Assembly: GCA_965178125.1 (NCBI GenBank)
Contig: OZ237743.1
Location: 62,001 to 126,000, forward strand
Source: Bilabrum cf. latius
Lineage: Eukaryota
DNA length: 64,000 bases
Direction: 5' to 3'
Translations under genes and position numbers: made by a program
Shown here: positions 1 through 12,100 of the stretch, piece after piece
Position numbering within the stretch: the stretch's first letter is position 1
Layout of the letters: every line of letters begins with the position of its first letter
The notes under the pieces: generated by a model
The model's input: only the letters and a program-made list of their open reading frames with translations
Told to the model about the DNA's origin: nothing
The model's database searches: none

Positions 1-498
1 GTATCCGATCATGGCCCCGAACGCGAATAGGAACTGGAACACCACCACGAGCCAGAACCCGGGGGCACCGAAGGCCCGCTGCACCAGCTGCTCGTAGGTC
101 GAGCAGCCGTGCGCCACGCCCAGTCGCATGAGCAACCTCACCGTGTGGTCTGTCAGGAACGCAACGATGAGCACCAGCAAAATACCCGGTAAGAACCCGG
201 CCTGGTTCAGAGCGTACGGCAGCCCGATGATCCCTGCTCCCAAAATCGAATTGATGAAGTTTGCGGAGGCTCCGATCGGGCTCGAGCCTTCTCCTTCACT
301 TTCTCCGGATCCATCCCCGACAATGCCCCAAGCAGCCAGCAGGCTGTCCTGTGGTGGTTGCACCTTCGATTCCTGCTTCTCGTCTCCGGGGCGGCCTGGT
401 TGGCCCGACCCGTACGACCCCGTCGTTTGTGACGGAGCAGCACTACCATCTCTCGAGTTGCTGCCAAGCAAGCTCTTGTCTGGCCTATCGTCAGCCAT
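1..498 (-). CDS. Amino acid transporter, SLC38/AAAP family (SLC38A11-like); 5' part, runs off the window start
   Basis: ATG at 498. Translation MADDRPDK...SSPIGASANFINSILGAGIIGLPYALNQAGFLPGILLVLIVAFLTDHTVRLL...STYEQLVQRAFGAPG matches the Aa_trans TM1 motif (N-x-I-x-GAGI-x-x-LP-Y-A). The frame is open to the window edge. Confidence 0.9.
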   Translation of the reverse strand, partial: MADDRPDKSLLGSNSRDGSAAPSQTTGSYGSGQPGRPGDEKQESKVQPPQDSLLAAWGIVGDGSGESEGEGSSPIGASANFINSILGAGIIGLPYALNQAGFLPGILLVLIVAFLTDHTVRLLMRLGVAHGCSTYEQLVQRAFGAPGFWLVVVFQFLFAFGAMIGY

Positions 499-828
499 GT
501 TCAGTTTCTGCGCTGCAAGTTGCAGCCTGAACCGCCAGGATCGACGAGTAAGTTGGCCTCTTTGTTCAGCCCAAAAGTCTGCTTAGGGTCAAAAGCCACG
601 AGCCAATACCAGCCTGGAGTATTAAATATAGCTCTTGGTTCGATTGTAGGCAATGGCCGGCACCTGAAGCTCAAATGATCCTTCCTCAAGCGAATATGGA
701 ACGTTCTTTTTTCAGAAGCGAACCTTTTCCTTTTGGTCGGCATTACAAGTCGACATTGTCTTCTATCATCGATGTGCTTAACCGTCTGAACATACCATAT
801 CAAATTGAGCTAGATGTAGCTTGATATA

Positions 829-1296
829 ATGGACTTGGAGGCGCGCTTGCGAGGCCGACCGCGCGTACGGAATTCCAAGACCTACGCCGAACGCGAGCCC
901 AAACTGTCAGACTAGGACGAACTGGATACGTCACCAGACCTAGTGCATTTGGCAAGTCTTACTAGCTTCCCCTCGCTGGTATCGGGAGCACGACTGCACA
1001 AGCATCCCTCGTAGCAAGCTGGACATGGTGAAGCGCATCAAGCGGGCACAAGCATTGCAGACGGCGCTGGCTCAGCGAATGATGATCTCGCTGGCTATCT
1101 TGCAGGATCCATGGCAACGAGGGCTCTTGATGGTTCTTCAAAGGCCCCTGCAACTGTTGAGGCTTTCCACGACAGCGCACCGGAGGAATGTGCCCTTGCC
1201 GTGCCTTTAGCCGCAGCAGCGCTGGCACGCTCATTGAACTTGGACGATCTTGAGGATGTTGCGGGCGCACTACTCAAGGAACTGGACGGGCACTGA
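829..1296 (+). CDS. Hypothetical protein (about 155 aa if TAG is read as Gln)
   Basis: ATG 829 to TGA 1294-1296, with in-frame TAGs at 913 and 1012. No recognisable domain. Confidence 0.4.
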
Positions 1297-1675
1297 TTCG
1301 TAGTGGGTTTTTGCTGCGAACGAACGTGTGAAAGGTCCAGCCTGCTGTGCTTGGGCTGCGGAGCACCCGTTGAAATTCTATGGACTGGGACGTACACGGC
1401 TCCTAATATTCATAGCTTTGTGGTACACTAAAAAAAAGGAGGGATTGAGTGGGCACAGCCCAAGTTGGAGTTGTTGCCGGGCTATTTGCCGTGATGAGTG
1501 ATGAAGCAGTCTGCTCGCTCATTCAGCTCGAAACAGTCTCGCCGATACGATTGCTATGCTTAGACATAAATCAAGGACAACTTGAATGCCCTCAGACAAC
1601 GCGAATGACTTGAATTCCCTCTAGCGAGAGCATTGAAGCAACTTGTGTAGCTCGCTAGTCTCACTCTCGAGCGCT

Positions 1676-2734
1676 ATGAGCCGGACCATGTCACTTTTGA
1701 AATTCACGATCGTAATCGATGTATCACTATGCGGAAGGGGTTCGTATCGCACGCGCATCGGGGAGGTGCTGCGAGAGAAGGTAGTTGCTTCGATTCGAAA
1801 CGTGCAGCCAGATTCGCATTAGCGTGCAGACATGTGCGGCGCTGCGCAGTAGCAAGCATTGCAAGGCATACATGCAGCTGTTCACGGCTTCAGGTTGAGT
1901 GCAAGCCCTCTCTTGTCAGAGGCAAGCACGTCGGATACCAACAGCAGAGCGAGCGTGGCGGTGTCGAAACCTTTGTCATTCGATGACCTTAATGATCGCC
2001 TAAAGCAACTCATGGACCACATTCAAAGCGTGTCCTCTCGCTACACTGCCAGTGTAGAAGCCGCTGCATCAGAGCTGCATGCCCCGCAGGGTGAGAAGGC
2101 ACTTGTGGATGTTTGCAGGGCGGCATATCCCCTAGTCCACGTTAGGTGGTGGACTCCGCCACTGCAAGTGCTGCGCATTCTACATGGATGTAAACCACTG
2201 TATTAGCCTGCGTATCGCGGCGAGGTATAGCCTTCGATGGCTGACTAGAGCCTACCACCGAGACTGCCGCAGCCGCCGCCTGCCCGCTTCGTCAGAGGTG
2301 CGTCGGCTCGCCACAGAGCCGTGGGTGGGATTCCAGCCCCCATGCTGCAGTCATTGAGACCATTTCAGCTGCAGTTCCTCTGGCGCTGCGCCGCCATGGA
2401 CGGCCGCGTGCTGCTCGCAGACGAGATGGGGCTCGGCAAGACCGTGCAGGGCATCGCAGCGGCCTGCATGTACCGGAGATCGGACTGGCCCTGTCTCGTG
2501 GTGGTGCCCTCCTCACTGAGGTGGCAGTGGGCAAGGGAAATCGAGCGCTGGTGCCCGTGGCTGCCCCCTGACCAGCTCCGCATGGTGACGACCCTCAAGG
2601 GCATGAGGGGCATGGATGTGTTTGCCAGGGCGAGGAGGCTGGCGCTGGGAGAGAGTGCGGCCGGGTCTATCGCTGCACTGGGGCATGGACATGGGTATGT
2701 ACGCAATGCTGCTGGGGCAAAGGGGCCAGGTAGT

Positions 2735-2772
<38 letters not shown>

Positions 2773-5700
2773 TGCGGTGCATACAGACAGTGGTGCCGCC
2801 CAGGCATGCTCCCCATGGCGAGGCATGGTGCTGGTGTCGTGGACCATGCTCTCCATATGGGCCGAGGGAGTTGTCAGAGACCTGGCCTCAAAAGGGGTGG
2901 GGGTCATGCCGAGCCGGAGTGGGATCAGGGGCGGGAGCAAAGGCGGGGCTGCAGCCCAGGAAGGGAGCAGGGCAGGCGCTGTGACGGGGGCGTCCTCTCT
3001 CGGGCACTAGCGGTTGGGCACCGGCATGCACGGCACAAGGTACAGGGATGGCCGCCTGCAGCAGTCGCACCGGCTTGTTGGCTCTGCCCTATCCACCGTG
3101 TTCCCCATGATAATCGGGGATGAGGCGCACAGCATGGGTGTCCTCTCCACCTAGCGAGCCAAGGTCTTTGTATCCGCGTGCAACGCCGCCCGGCGGGTCG
3201 TGCTACTCACTGGGACCCCTTGCCTGAGCCGCCCCCTGGACCTGCTCCCCCAGCTCATGGCGCTGCAGCCGGGCCTGACCCCCTCCGAGAGGGAGTTTGA
3301 GCGCAGGTATGCACTCCCCCTGGTGGGGTCCAAGCTCAGGAGACTGGCGAGGGGCAGGCACGCGGGGGCAGCCGCGGCCCAGGCCGCCCTGACTCCGCTT
3401 CTACCGCTGATGCAAGCCTTCCACCCAGGCCTTGCCGCGAGAGAGATGCGCCGCGGAGGAGGGGGGGGCGTTAGCAAAGCGGCAGTCCCCGTCGCCACGC
3501 AGGAGCACGAGGAGGAGCTCCACGCGCTCTTGCGGGACAGGGTCATGGTGAGACGGACCAAGGCAGACGTGCTGGACGAGCTCCCTCCCAAGGAGCGCAA
3601 GGTGGTGCACCTGCAGCTAGAGCAGGACAACAGTGGCCAGCACTCGCAGGATGGTAAGGCAAGTAGCCACAAGACTCGCAAGGGCTCCGCGACGGACGCA
3701 TTGGGGCCCAGGGAACAAGCTGAAAGAGCCAGTCGGCTCGTCTCTGCCGAGTTGGACCGGCTTGAGGCCCAGCGGCGAGAGGAGCCGAGCGGGACCCTGT
3801 CCGCAGCGGAGCTTGTTGCACTCGGTATTCGCTCGCCAGGCTCGCCACAGGCGTTATCGAGCCAAGCCAGTGCGGAAGGGAAAGGCCCTCTTGCTAGACG
3901 ATAGCCTGCAGACCATGGCCGGCGCCCACTGCGGTAGCTAGCGACAGCCCACGTAAAGATGCCGGCCGTGTGCAAATACGTGGCTCGCACTGTCTCTGAG
4001 ATGAGCCTGGACCGGCCCAACCGAGACGCTGCCACGGAGAAGCAATCAGAGTCCAGCCCCAAGTTGATCGTGTTTGCCCACCACCGAGTCATGCTGGACG
4101 CCATCGAAGAGGCTGTTCGAGAGCTGCCAGGGGGCAGCGGGACTGCGCATGGCGACCAGGCCAGCTTGCACGGGTCTGCCTCAGCAGCTGCGACAGCAGG
4201 CGCGACACAGCACAGGGGCATGCACGCGTTCCTCCGCGACGGGCTGCACTCGCATGATCTTGCGTCAGATGGGGACAGCGGCGCCAGGAGTGCCAAGTGC
4301 TGGGCCCACGGCGTGGACTACATGCGCATCGATGGGTCCACACCCGTCGCAGATCGCGCCGAGCTGGTGCGTCTCTTCCAGCGTAACCCGCTCTGCCGTA
4401 TTGCCATCGTCAGCACCACGGCAGGAGCGGTGGGTGTGGACCTGAGCGCAGCAACGGTTGTGCTGTTTGCCGAGCTGGAGTGGTCCGCGGGTCTGCTGCT
4501 GCAGGCAGAAGACAGGGCCTACAGGATGTCCAGAGCTGCTGGGGGCGCAGGAAGCGACGCCGGAGTGTCAGTGCGACACGCTGTCGAGGTCAGGTACCTC
4601 TTGCTGCGAGGCACGGTGGATGACACAATGTGGAGGTCCTTTCGAAAGCAGGCGAGGAGCGTCGTGACCACGGTGGACGGGGCGGCTGCCTCTAGCTCGG
4701 CACTGCAGACGGTACGGGCCGCCGATAAGGGTGCTGGAAACAGTCCCGGTCCAAAGGGCGGATAGCAAGTAAGCCTTTCCCCATAGGACGTCGCAGAAGA
4801 TCAAGGCAGTGTTGCATAGCCGGCGACAGGTACGCAAGCACCTGCACCCTCCCTGGCACCAGCGGCAGTATCGGGCCAAGTGCACAAGCTTGCTCAAGCA
4901 CAGCCCCATAGTGCCGGTGTCCAGCATCATGTAGGCGACCTCACGGACGTGTCGATACCCATGCGTGATCTTGCATTTAAGTGCCACCCAGAGACAGGGA
5001 CCGCGCACGTCTACGTTCGTTCACTGTGCGGCGCTGCAGTGCATCTTGGGTGTGCCTTTGAGCCTGAGCGGGCGTTAGCACCTGAGGGCATTCCCAGTGC
5101 CAGTTTCGGGGCATCAGGTGCCATGACCAGCCCCACTGACGACGGTACAAGTCGGTAGCTAGGAGAGGGCGATGGCAGCGACGAAGGCATGGAAATTGAC
5201 TCGGACTCCGAGTATGACAGCGGTGAAGAGCAGGACCAGCCCCAGGGCAAAGCATCGGGCGATAAAGCCACCCCGAATAGTGCAGCGCTGCCGTGGATTC
5301 ACACCGCCAACCCTGCGACCGCCATCCTGCACAGCTGCGTCAGTGCCAAGTGCATCATCCGGAGGGCCAGACGGGGGTTGGCTTTGAAAAGCGCCGGTGA
5401 GGCTGCTTAGGCATTTGTGGACCAGCCTGCCTGCCAGTGCCGGTGCGTGAGGCGGGTATCCCTCGCTTTCTCGGCCGAGTGGCTGGTGCTGCGGTCTGCA
5501 GTCCGCGCCCGGCTGTGCCACGAGCAGCCCTTGCGCCTCCCTCTTGCCCCGCAGGTCGCTGCGGTCTTGAAGTCATCATCTGCTCCGATGGACGACGGCA
5601 AGGCGTCGGGCGCTCTGCAGCCAGTGCTTGCCGCTGCTTCGTCTGGTAGTGCGGTTTCCTCCGCGCCTTCCACGGAGCGGTACGGCGAGGATCGCGGGGT

Positions 5701-7420
5701 GTCTGCCTCCTCCATCGGATAGTGTGGCGATGGCACCGTGCCTTGCTCCCAGTGCAAGAAGCAGGTCCCGATCGATTCGCTGACTCGAGTCCAGCTGAAG
5801 AGGCAGCCGGCAGTCGGCAGCAGCATTACAGGCAGCACGACTTCCATCCTGGTCTCGCCCTTTTGCTCGGAGGCATGCGAGACTGCATTCGGGCTGGCCA
5901 GGAGCGGGGCAGCGGTGCGGCGCCAGCTGCGAAGACTTGAGAAAGGCGTGTGCCAAGGGTGCGGGCTCGACACTGGGGCGCTTCGGCGCGCGTTCCACGC
6001 CTGCATGCGCAGAGACGTGTAGGCAGCGGAGCGTGAGGTGAGCTGGAGGGAGGCGCGGGTGCGGGAGGCTGAGCAGCTGCTCGAAGAGACGGTCGGGGTG
6101 AGGGAACAACAGGCCGAGATGGACGACCTGGTGCAGCTGGCTGCGAGCGCTGGTGCCGCCGAGGGTGACGACTAGGGGGGGGATACACCGGGCGACGAGG
6201 CGAAGTCCGAAGAGGCCATGCCTCTAGATGAACAGCAGAATGGCCTGCTTGAGGCGAGCGGGGAAGATACCCCTGTTGGCCGCGATGCTGGCAGCAACCA
6301 TGAGTTGGACTCCCTGGCCAGGCGCAGATCAACCGGCTCTGTGGTGGATATCGAGGCAAGCAGCAGCGAATCTGAGGACGAAGGTAGTCTAAACGAGGCG
6401 CCTGCTGCTGGCGCTACAACAAATGCTCCACCGCAAGGCGAACACCAGCGGTCTGATGCCATGGAGAGTGGCCAGGCGCTCCTACGGGAGCTCCGGGCAG
6501 AGGCCAAGCGGGCGAGGGCGGTGCTGAGGCGCCTGCTGGCGGACAGGTGCAGGGCACGGCAGCGGCTGCTGCTGCAGCACAACTTCGTGGCCCGGCGCAC
6601 TCCCCGCGGGATCCGGACGTTTTGCTCCTGCGAGTCGCAGCCCGAGGGCTCGTTCTGGGAGGCTGACCACATCGTGCCGGTGGTGGCAGGGGGAGGCCAG
6701 TGCGGGCTGCTCAATTTCCGCACGCTGTGCGTGCCTTGCCACCGAGAGGCCACCGCCAAGCTGACTGAGCTTAGGAAACGGGGCATCGTGGGCAAACGGG
6801 CCAGATCAGGGATAGGCCAGGGCACCGGCTCCTCCTCCTCCTCCTCTTCTTCCTCGTCCTTGTCCTCGTCCTTGTCTGCGTGGCTGGTGCCCGGGAAAGT
6901 CCCACCCAGCCGTACCACTGGGGTTACCATTGAAGGTAGGCGCACATCTGCAGGAGTGGTCGACCTGTGTCTGTCCGAGGACGAAGATGAGGCCGCTTCG
7001 GGCTCGGGCGAGTCTGGAAGCGATGGGCTGGCGGGGCATCAGCAGGCGGCTGGTGCGAAGAGCGGCAGGGGGAGCCGGAAGCGGCATCGGTAGCCGCCTG
7101 GTGCGGGTGCATCACATGGCGGCGTGCATGCTGCGGACGTGATCTCTGATCGCGCGCGGGCAGCCGTGCAGGAATCTAGGCGCCGAGTGGAGCTGGCTGG
7201 ACTGAGGGCGCAGGCGGGCAGCAGCCCAGCCACTGCCACTGGTCGCAGTGTGGGTGCATGGTCAGGGGCAGGGACAGGGGCACAGGCACAGGTAGGTGAG
7301 GTAGACAGCAGCATCGTGTCGGAGGAATCGTCCGGTTTGAACGCGTCCGGGCTTGCCTTGCTGGATCAGCTAAGGTCCCCTGACATGGGGCGCGCGCCGA
7401 AGGCCAGGAGGCGCATGTGA
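1676..7420 (+). CDS. ZRANB3: ZRANB3-like SNF2 annealing helicase with C-terminal HNH endonuclease (about 1910 aa)
   Basis: One frame with about 18 in-frame TAGs and no TAA or TGA until 7418. Motifs in order: LRPFQ, LLADEMGLGKTVQGI, LVVVPSSLRWQW, IIGDEAH, VLLTGTP, VMVRRTK, LIVFAHH, MRIDGST, LLQAEDRAYR, FCSEAC, GVCQGCGLD, and HNH WEADHIVPVVAGGGQCGLLNFRTLCVPCH. Start codon uncertain. Confidence 0.88.
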
Positions 7421-7614
7421 ATGAGTCAGTGCGGCCAGCTCGATGACACAACTGGAAGTGAGGTGATGCTCTCCGCATACAGCGTACAACGAACGAACGA
7501 ATCGACAGACACTTGTCCCCAACTGGCTGCACCGCACTGTGGCACTAACAGGTTCGCGGGGGTATCTTGTGAAACAGATTTCAAGTGACTGGCGCGAACC
7601 ACTTGCGCAATTAT

Positions 7615-8766
7615 ATGGCAACTAAAGAAGTGAGTGTCATATCTCCATGATACTTCGTGCACAATGCCTTCCAGGCACTTTTTTCAGACAACCAGCTTGT
7701 CCAACAATGAGTATTCGCAGATTGTGGTGCTATGGGCATCAATGTGTTCGAATCCCCTCATGAAAGGCCAATAGGAGAAATTATTCATGATGTTTGATTC
7801 AAGAGGGGTAAGATACCACCGCTTAGACGGCGCTGATGCTGAAAATCGTGACATTCGAGCGAAGTGAGTATTGTGTACATGCAAGAAGGATGCATCGGCA
7901 GGGATTCAAGAGCACAAGCAGATCATGAAGTTTGTGGATCGATTTCTGTTTTCACATGCAGGCTGTTTGATGTGTCGGGAAAGCGAGCGGTGTACCCGCA
8001 AGTATTTCGCTTGGTACCCAGCAACGCTGATGGGCCGGGCTCCAGGTACCCCTTGACAACAGACTCGGGCACATACGAATTTGTTGGTACATTCGATGAT
8101 ATAAATACCGCAAACGAAAACGAGGAAGACCGCGACTCTCTCACGACTCTTCTACAGTGTGAGCTGAGGGTAGGCCGCGGGGGTCCCTTCCGGTATGGTG
8201 CCCTCGCCACTGCCGATTCCGACGATAGCTCTGATCTAGAGGACCCTGAAGAAGACGATAGTTCTGATGATAGCGATAATAATGCGGAGGAGGCTGCGAC
8301 TGGCGGGACCGGCTCTGGCGCAGCGGGCCAGGCAGCAGGCACTGGAACTGGGGCTGGGGCTAGGGCTGGAGCTGGAACTGGGGCTGGCACGGGCAGTGGA
8401 GCGGCTGCAGTTGAAGGGGAGACGGGCGGTGGCGACGGAAATGGCGGTTGGGCCAGAGTGCTTAGCTCCAATGGAAAGTTCTACTTCTTCCACGCTGCCA
8501 CAGGGAACAGCCAATGGACAAAACCGAATGAGTATGACGAGACGGCGGACCTGGCGGCAGAGGAGGCCGTTCGGTCGGGCGAGCTGGACCTGAGTGCCTG
8601 GCGGGAGGCCTTCGATGAAGATGGTGACCCGTACTACTACCACACAGGAACGAGAGAAACGCAGTGGACGGCGCCGAAGGGGTGGCACGTGTGGAAGCAG
8701 CTACATGGCGGCGGCACAGGGACAGGGGCAGAGGCAGGCGGCGACGGGGAAGCTACCCCTACATGA
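7615..8766 (+). CDS. SH3BGR/glutaredoxin-like domain plus two WW domains (spliced)
   Basis: Spliced reading MATKE|IVVLWASMCSNPLMKGQ*EKLFMMFDSRGVRYHRLD...RAK|LFDVSGKRAVYPQVF...YEFVGTFDDINTANE resembles SH3BGRL (IKSQQSEV...PQI...YCGDY). WW domains: WARVLSSNGKFYFFHAATGNSQWTKP and WREAFDEDGDPYYYHTGTRETQWTAP. TAG at 7772; TGA at 8764. Confidence 0.75.
7630..7720 (+). other. Putative GT-AG intron 1 of the SH3BGR-WW gene
   Basis: GTGAGT donor at 7630. Acceptor TCGCAG at 7720 keeps the frame; an alternative in-frame acceptor TTTCAG lies at 7687. Confidence 0.5.
7864..7961 (+). other. GT-AG intron 2 of the SH3BGR-WW gene (98 nt)
   Basis: GTGAGT donor and TTTTCACATGCAG acceptor. Splicing joins the two halves of the SH3BGR-like domain, which lie in different frames. 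Confidence 0.75.
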
Positions 8767-9131
8767 CGGGCTGAGCGGTCGGCTTCTTTTGTTGGAACAG
8801 TATTTTGAGACAGGGAAAATGTGCACTGCATGCTGCGCAGACTCAATCCATTATTCTAGTGCCCCACGCTGGCATGCGCCATGATGGTGCCACTGGCAAT
8901 GGGGCAGTGCGGTGCAGCTGCCGAAAGGCCCAAACTTTCAGAAAGACACGGCAGCAAGCATCGACAGCTGTAGCAGGACTAGTGATATTGCATCGTGGAT
9001 TATAAACACTCTCTTTAGATTCCGTGTAGGCCATTAAAGGTGCCTGCTACGCAGATCCAAGCCCTGTGGGCCACTCCGAGCCGTTGGTATAATGTGCGGA
9101 TCAACGTAGTCGAAACGATGTGATCCTAGCC

Positions 9132-12100
9132 ATGGCTAAATCAGATATTGCTACCATGAGTGACGCAGATTCCGATAGGTTGGCTGAACCAACGGAAACT
9201 GAGCTAGATCAGCATGCGCAGTTTTTGTCACAATCGCGTGCGTCCTTCGAGCGCCCCGTACCATGGTCCTTCCCGGGCGGTTCTCTTGCGGCATCCAGAG
9301 GATTGGCTGCACCGGTTTACGTAATTGAAGCTGTGCTTGGCGGGCAGCACGCCGCGCTACGAACGTCACAAGGGGCTGTGTTCACGTTTGGCATGAACGA
9401 CCACGGTCAGTGCGGCGTGGGGTTCAGGGTTAGCGACGCTTCACCCAAGTTCATTCCACATCCACAAATCGTAGCTGGCCTTGGTGGCAGGAGAGTTACT
9501 AGAGTAGCGTGCGGCAAACAGCACAGTTGCGCGATCGATTCAAACGGCATCCTCTTTGCGTGGGGTGACGGTGCTTGCGGCCAGCTGGGCACCGGGGACA
9601 CCCGCTCCCAGTCACGCCCGGTCGCGGTGACAGATCCGAGTGTTCCTGTCGTGTCCGTGTCATGCGGGTCCCGGCATACGCTGGTGGTTCGCGGCCCTCC
9701 CATGGACGGAGTGGTGCAGGCTTGTGGCGACAACAGCTGCGGGCAATGCGGGTGCAGGGCGGAGCGGGTCACCTCCGGGGATCGATCCCGGGCAGTAGGA
9801 TCCTCAAGCGCCGGTGCAAACTCAAACCTTGCAGGCACTAGAGCACTTACCACACCGCCAGAGGGCCCGATGCCGATGGGGCCGGGGATCGATCCCCACA
9901 GCAGCACCACGAGTATCCCGTTGCTGCTCGACCAGGAGGAGAGTCACGTGACCGACTCGTTCGGGCTGCACGCTCTGGGGCACGGGCATGCAGCGCTGGG
10001 CAATGTCCTCGGACCCATGCCCTCCGTACAGTCGGTTCACACGGTGCGAAGCGCCAGCTACAGCCAGAGCGCCAGACAACAAGGAAGGGTCGCACCCAGC
10101 CGAGGGTCGGCCTAGGTGTTGCGAGAGGGCTTCAGCACGTCGGCCGAGACCATGGCCATAGCCGGCATGGAGGCCTCGCATATTAGGAATGCACCCGGGG
10201 CATAGGGAACAAGAGCAAGGGCGGGCCCGCCTCGCCATGTTCTGCGACTCGCCACCGTCGACTTCGAGTCGCAGTCCTCCCCGTTCAACTCCAGGGCAGC
10301 GGCAAGGGTCAGGAGCAGGAGAGTGCCCGTGAGCGGCCCCGCCGCGGACCATTCGCTTGCAGTGGACTTGGACACCGGGGCGGTGTGGGGGTGGGGCCGG
10401 GCCCAGGAGGGTCAGCTGGGGTGTGGCAGCGTCAGCACAGGGGGCAGCGGGGGCGACCGGGGCGGGACTGCAAGGGATGGCGGTGCCGGTGGTGCTGGGG
10501 GGACTGGGCGAGTCGGGCGTGGGTCTCGCCTGGCGTGCGAGTGGTATCCCCGGATGATTCGATCCCTAAAGGCGGAATGGGTAGTGGACGCAGCCGCGGG
10601 GGGGCAGCACTCTGTGTTCCTCACAGATGAGGGCATGGTATGGACCTGCGGCGATGGGGCCAGCGGGCAGCTAGGCATGGGCCGAGGCGTGCAATCGCGT
10701 GATCGGCCCTAGATGATCCCGCCTGCCTCCTTTGGCGAAAGGGTGTTTCCGCACAGGGTATCAGCAGGCAAGAGGCACACAGTGGCATTCGATCGTGTGT
10801 CGGGGCAGCTCTTCACGTGGGGAGAGACCGCCGGAGGCCTCGGGTGGCAGCAGCCTCGTGCCAATGCGGGAGCAGGTGCAGGTGCAGGTGCAGGGGCAGG
10901 GGCAGGGGCAGGGGCAGGGGCAGGGGCAGGGGCAGGGGCAGGGGCAGGGGCAGAAGTGTTGACGTAGAAGGACGTGGCAACTCCCTACTCCTGGCACCCC
11001 CGCCGCGTCACGGCCATCAAGCGAATCTCTCAGTCCTTGTTGCACGAGGTGTTCCCCCTGAAGCACAGGCCGCTGCCCCCGCTGCCCTCCGCTGATCAGG
11101 GCAAGGCAGAGGTGCTCAGGGTGCAGGCACGGGCGGTGCAGTCCGTTCCACCGAGCGTGCGGGCGCTGTTCTCTGATGCCGAGCTTCTGGAGCTGAAGCA
11201 CGGGTTTGACCAGGTGGACACGGACGGATCCAACGCGATCGACGGGCAGGAACTGCACACTGCGCTGAGGTCCTCTGGCAAGCTGGGGCAGGCCATCTCC
11301 CACGATAACGTGACGAGGATCATCACCGCATACTCGAGGCGCGGGGAGACGATGCTGCGAAGGGAACAACAGGAAGGCGATGGCTCAGTGCCAGGCGCGT
11401 CAAGGGCACTGCATGAGGCTAGGGCGATGCTCCCCGGTGAGGTGCAGGACGCAGAGGGCGGGTGGTAGGACTCTCGAGAATAGGAGGGTGACGAAGACGA
11501 GGATGATGAGGATGCGGAGCTGTCGTTCTCTGACTATGTTTGCCTTGTGCGGGATATCAAAGAGGGCAAGGTGGACATACCGGGGGCAGCTGCGCTGGGG
11601 GCCGTTCTGCCCGGCGGTAATGAAATCACAAAGGCATGCGAGGCCCGGCTGGAGAGGAGGACCAGCGCGCTGAATGAGGCGAATGACCGGCTGGAGGCTA
11701 GGCGCGTGTTCCTTGAGTAGGACGAGTAGGGGGTGGGCCTGCTGACCCCAGAGCAGCTGGGCGTATCTATGGAGAGGATGGGGTTAGTAAACCCGGGCAA
11801 GGTCGCCCTCGAGCGACTGGCCCTTGAGCTGGCCAGGGTGACCCAAGGCGGTAAAGGAGGGGGGGCTCAAAGGGGCAAAGGTAGGCCCCCGCCCATCGTA
11901 GCGGCAGCCAATCGCGAACGGCACCGCGGTGACACCCCCGAGTGGGGGAGGGGCAGCTCGGCTGTGGCTGGCCGCAGGATGAGCAACCTGCGAGGGGACA
12001 TGGATGAGGCCAAGCAGCCGTCCGATGCGGACACTCCGCTGGTGCCCATGCGGGCGTGGCTAGAGTACTTCACTGCTGCGAGGAAACAGGCAAAGGAGAC

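Noticed and set aside
6640-6780. Mobile HNH homing endonuclease
   Set aside because: It is the native C-terminal HNH domain of ZRANB3, in frame with the helicase.
7740-7760. tRNA (possible suppressor), suggested by GTTCGAATCCC
   Set aside because: No T-stem or cloverleaf could be formed, and it lies in a coding exon. No tRNA was recognised in the window.
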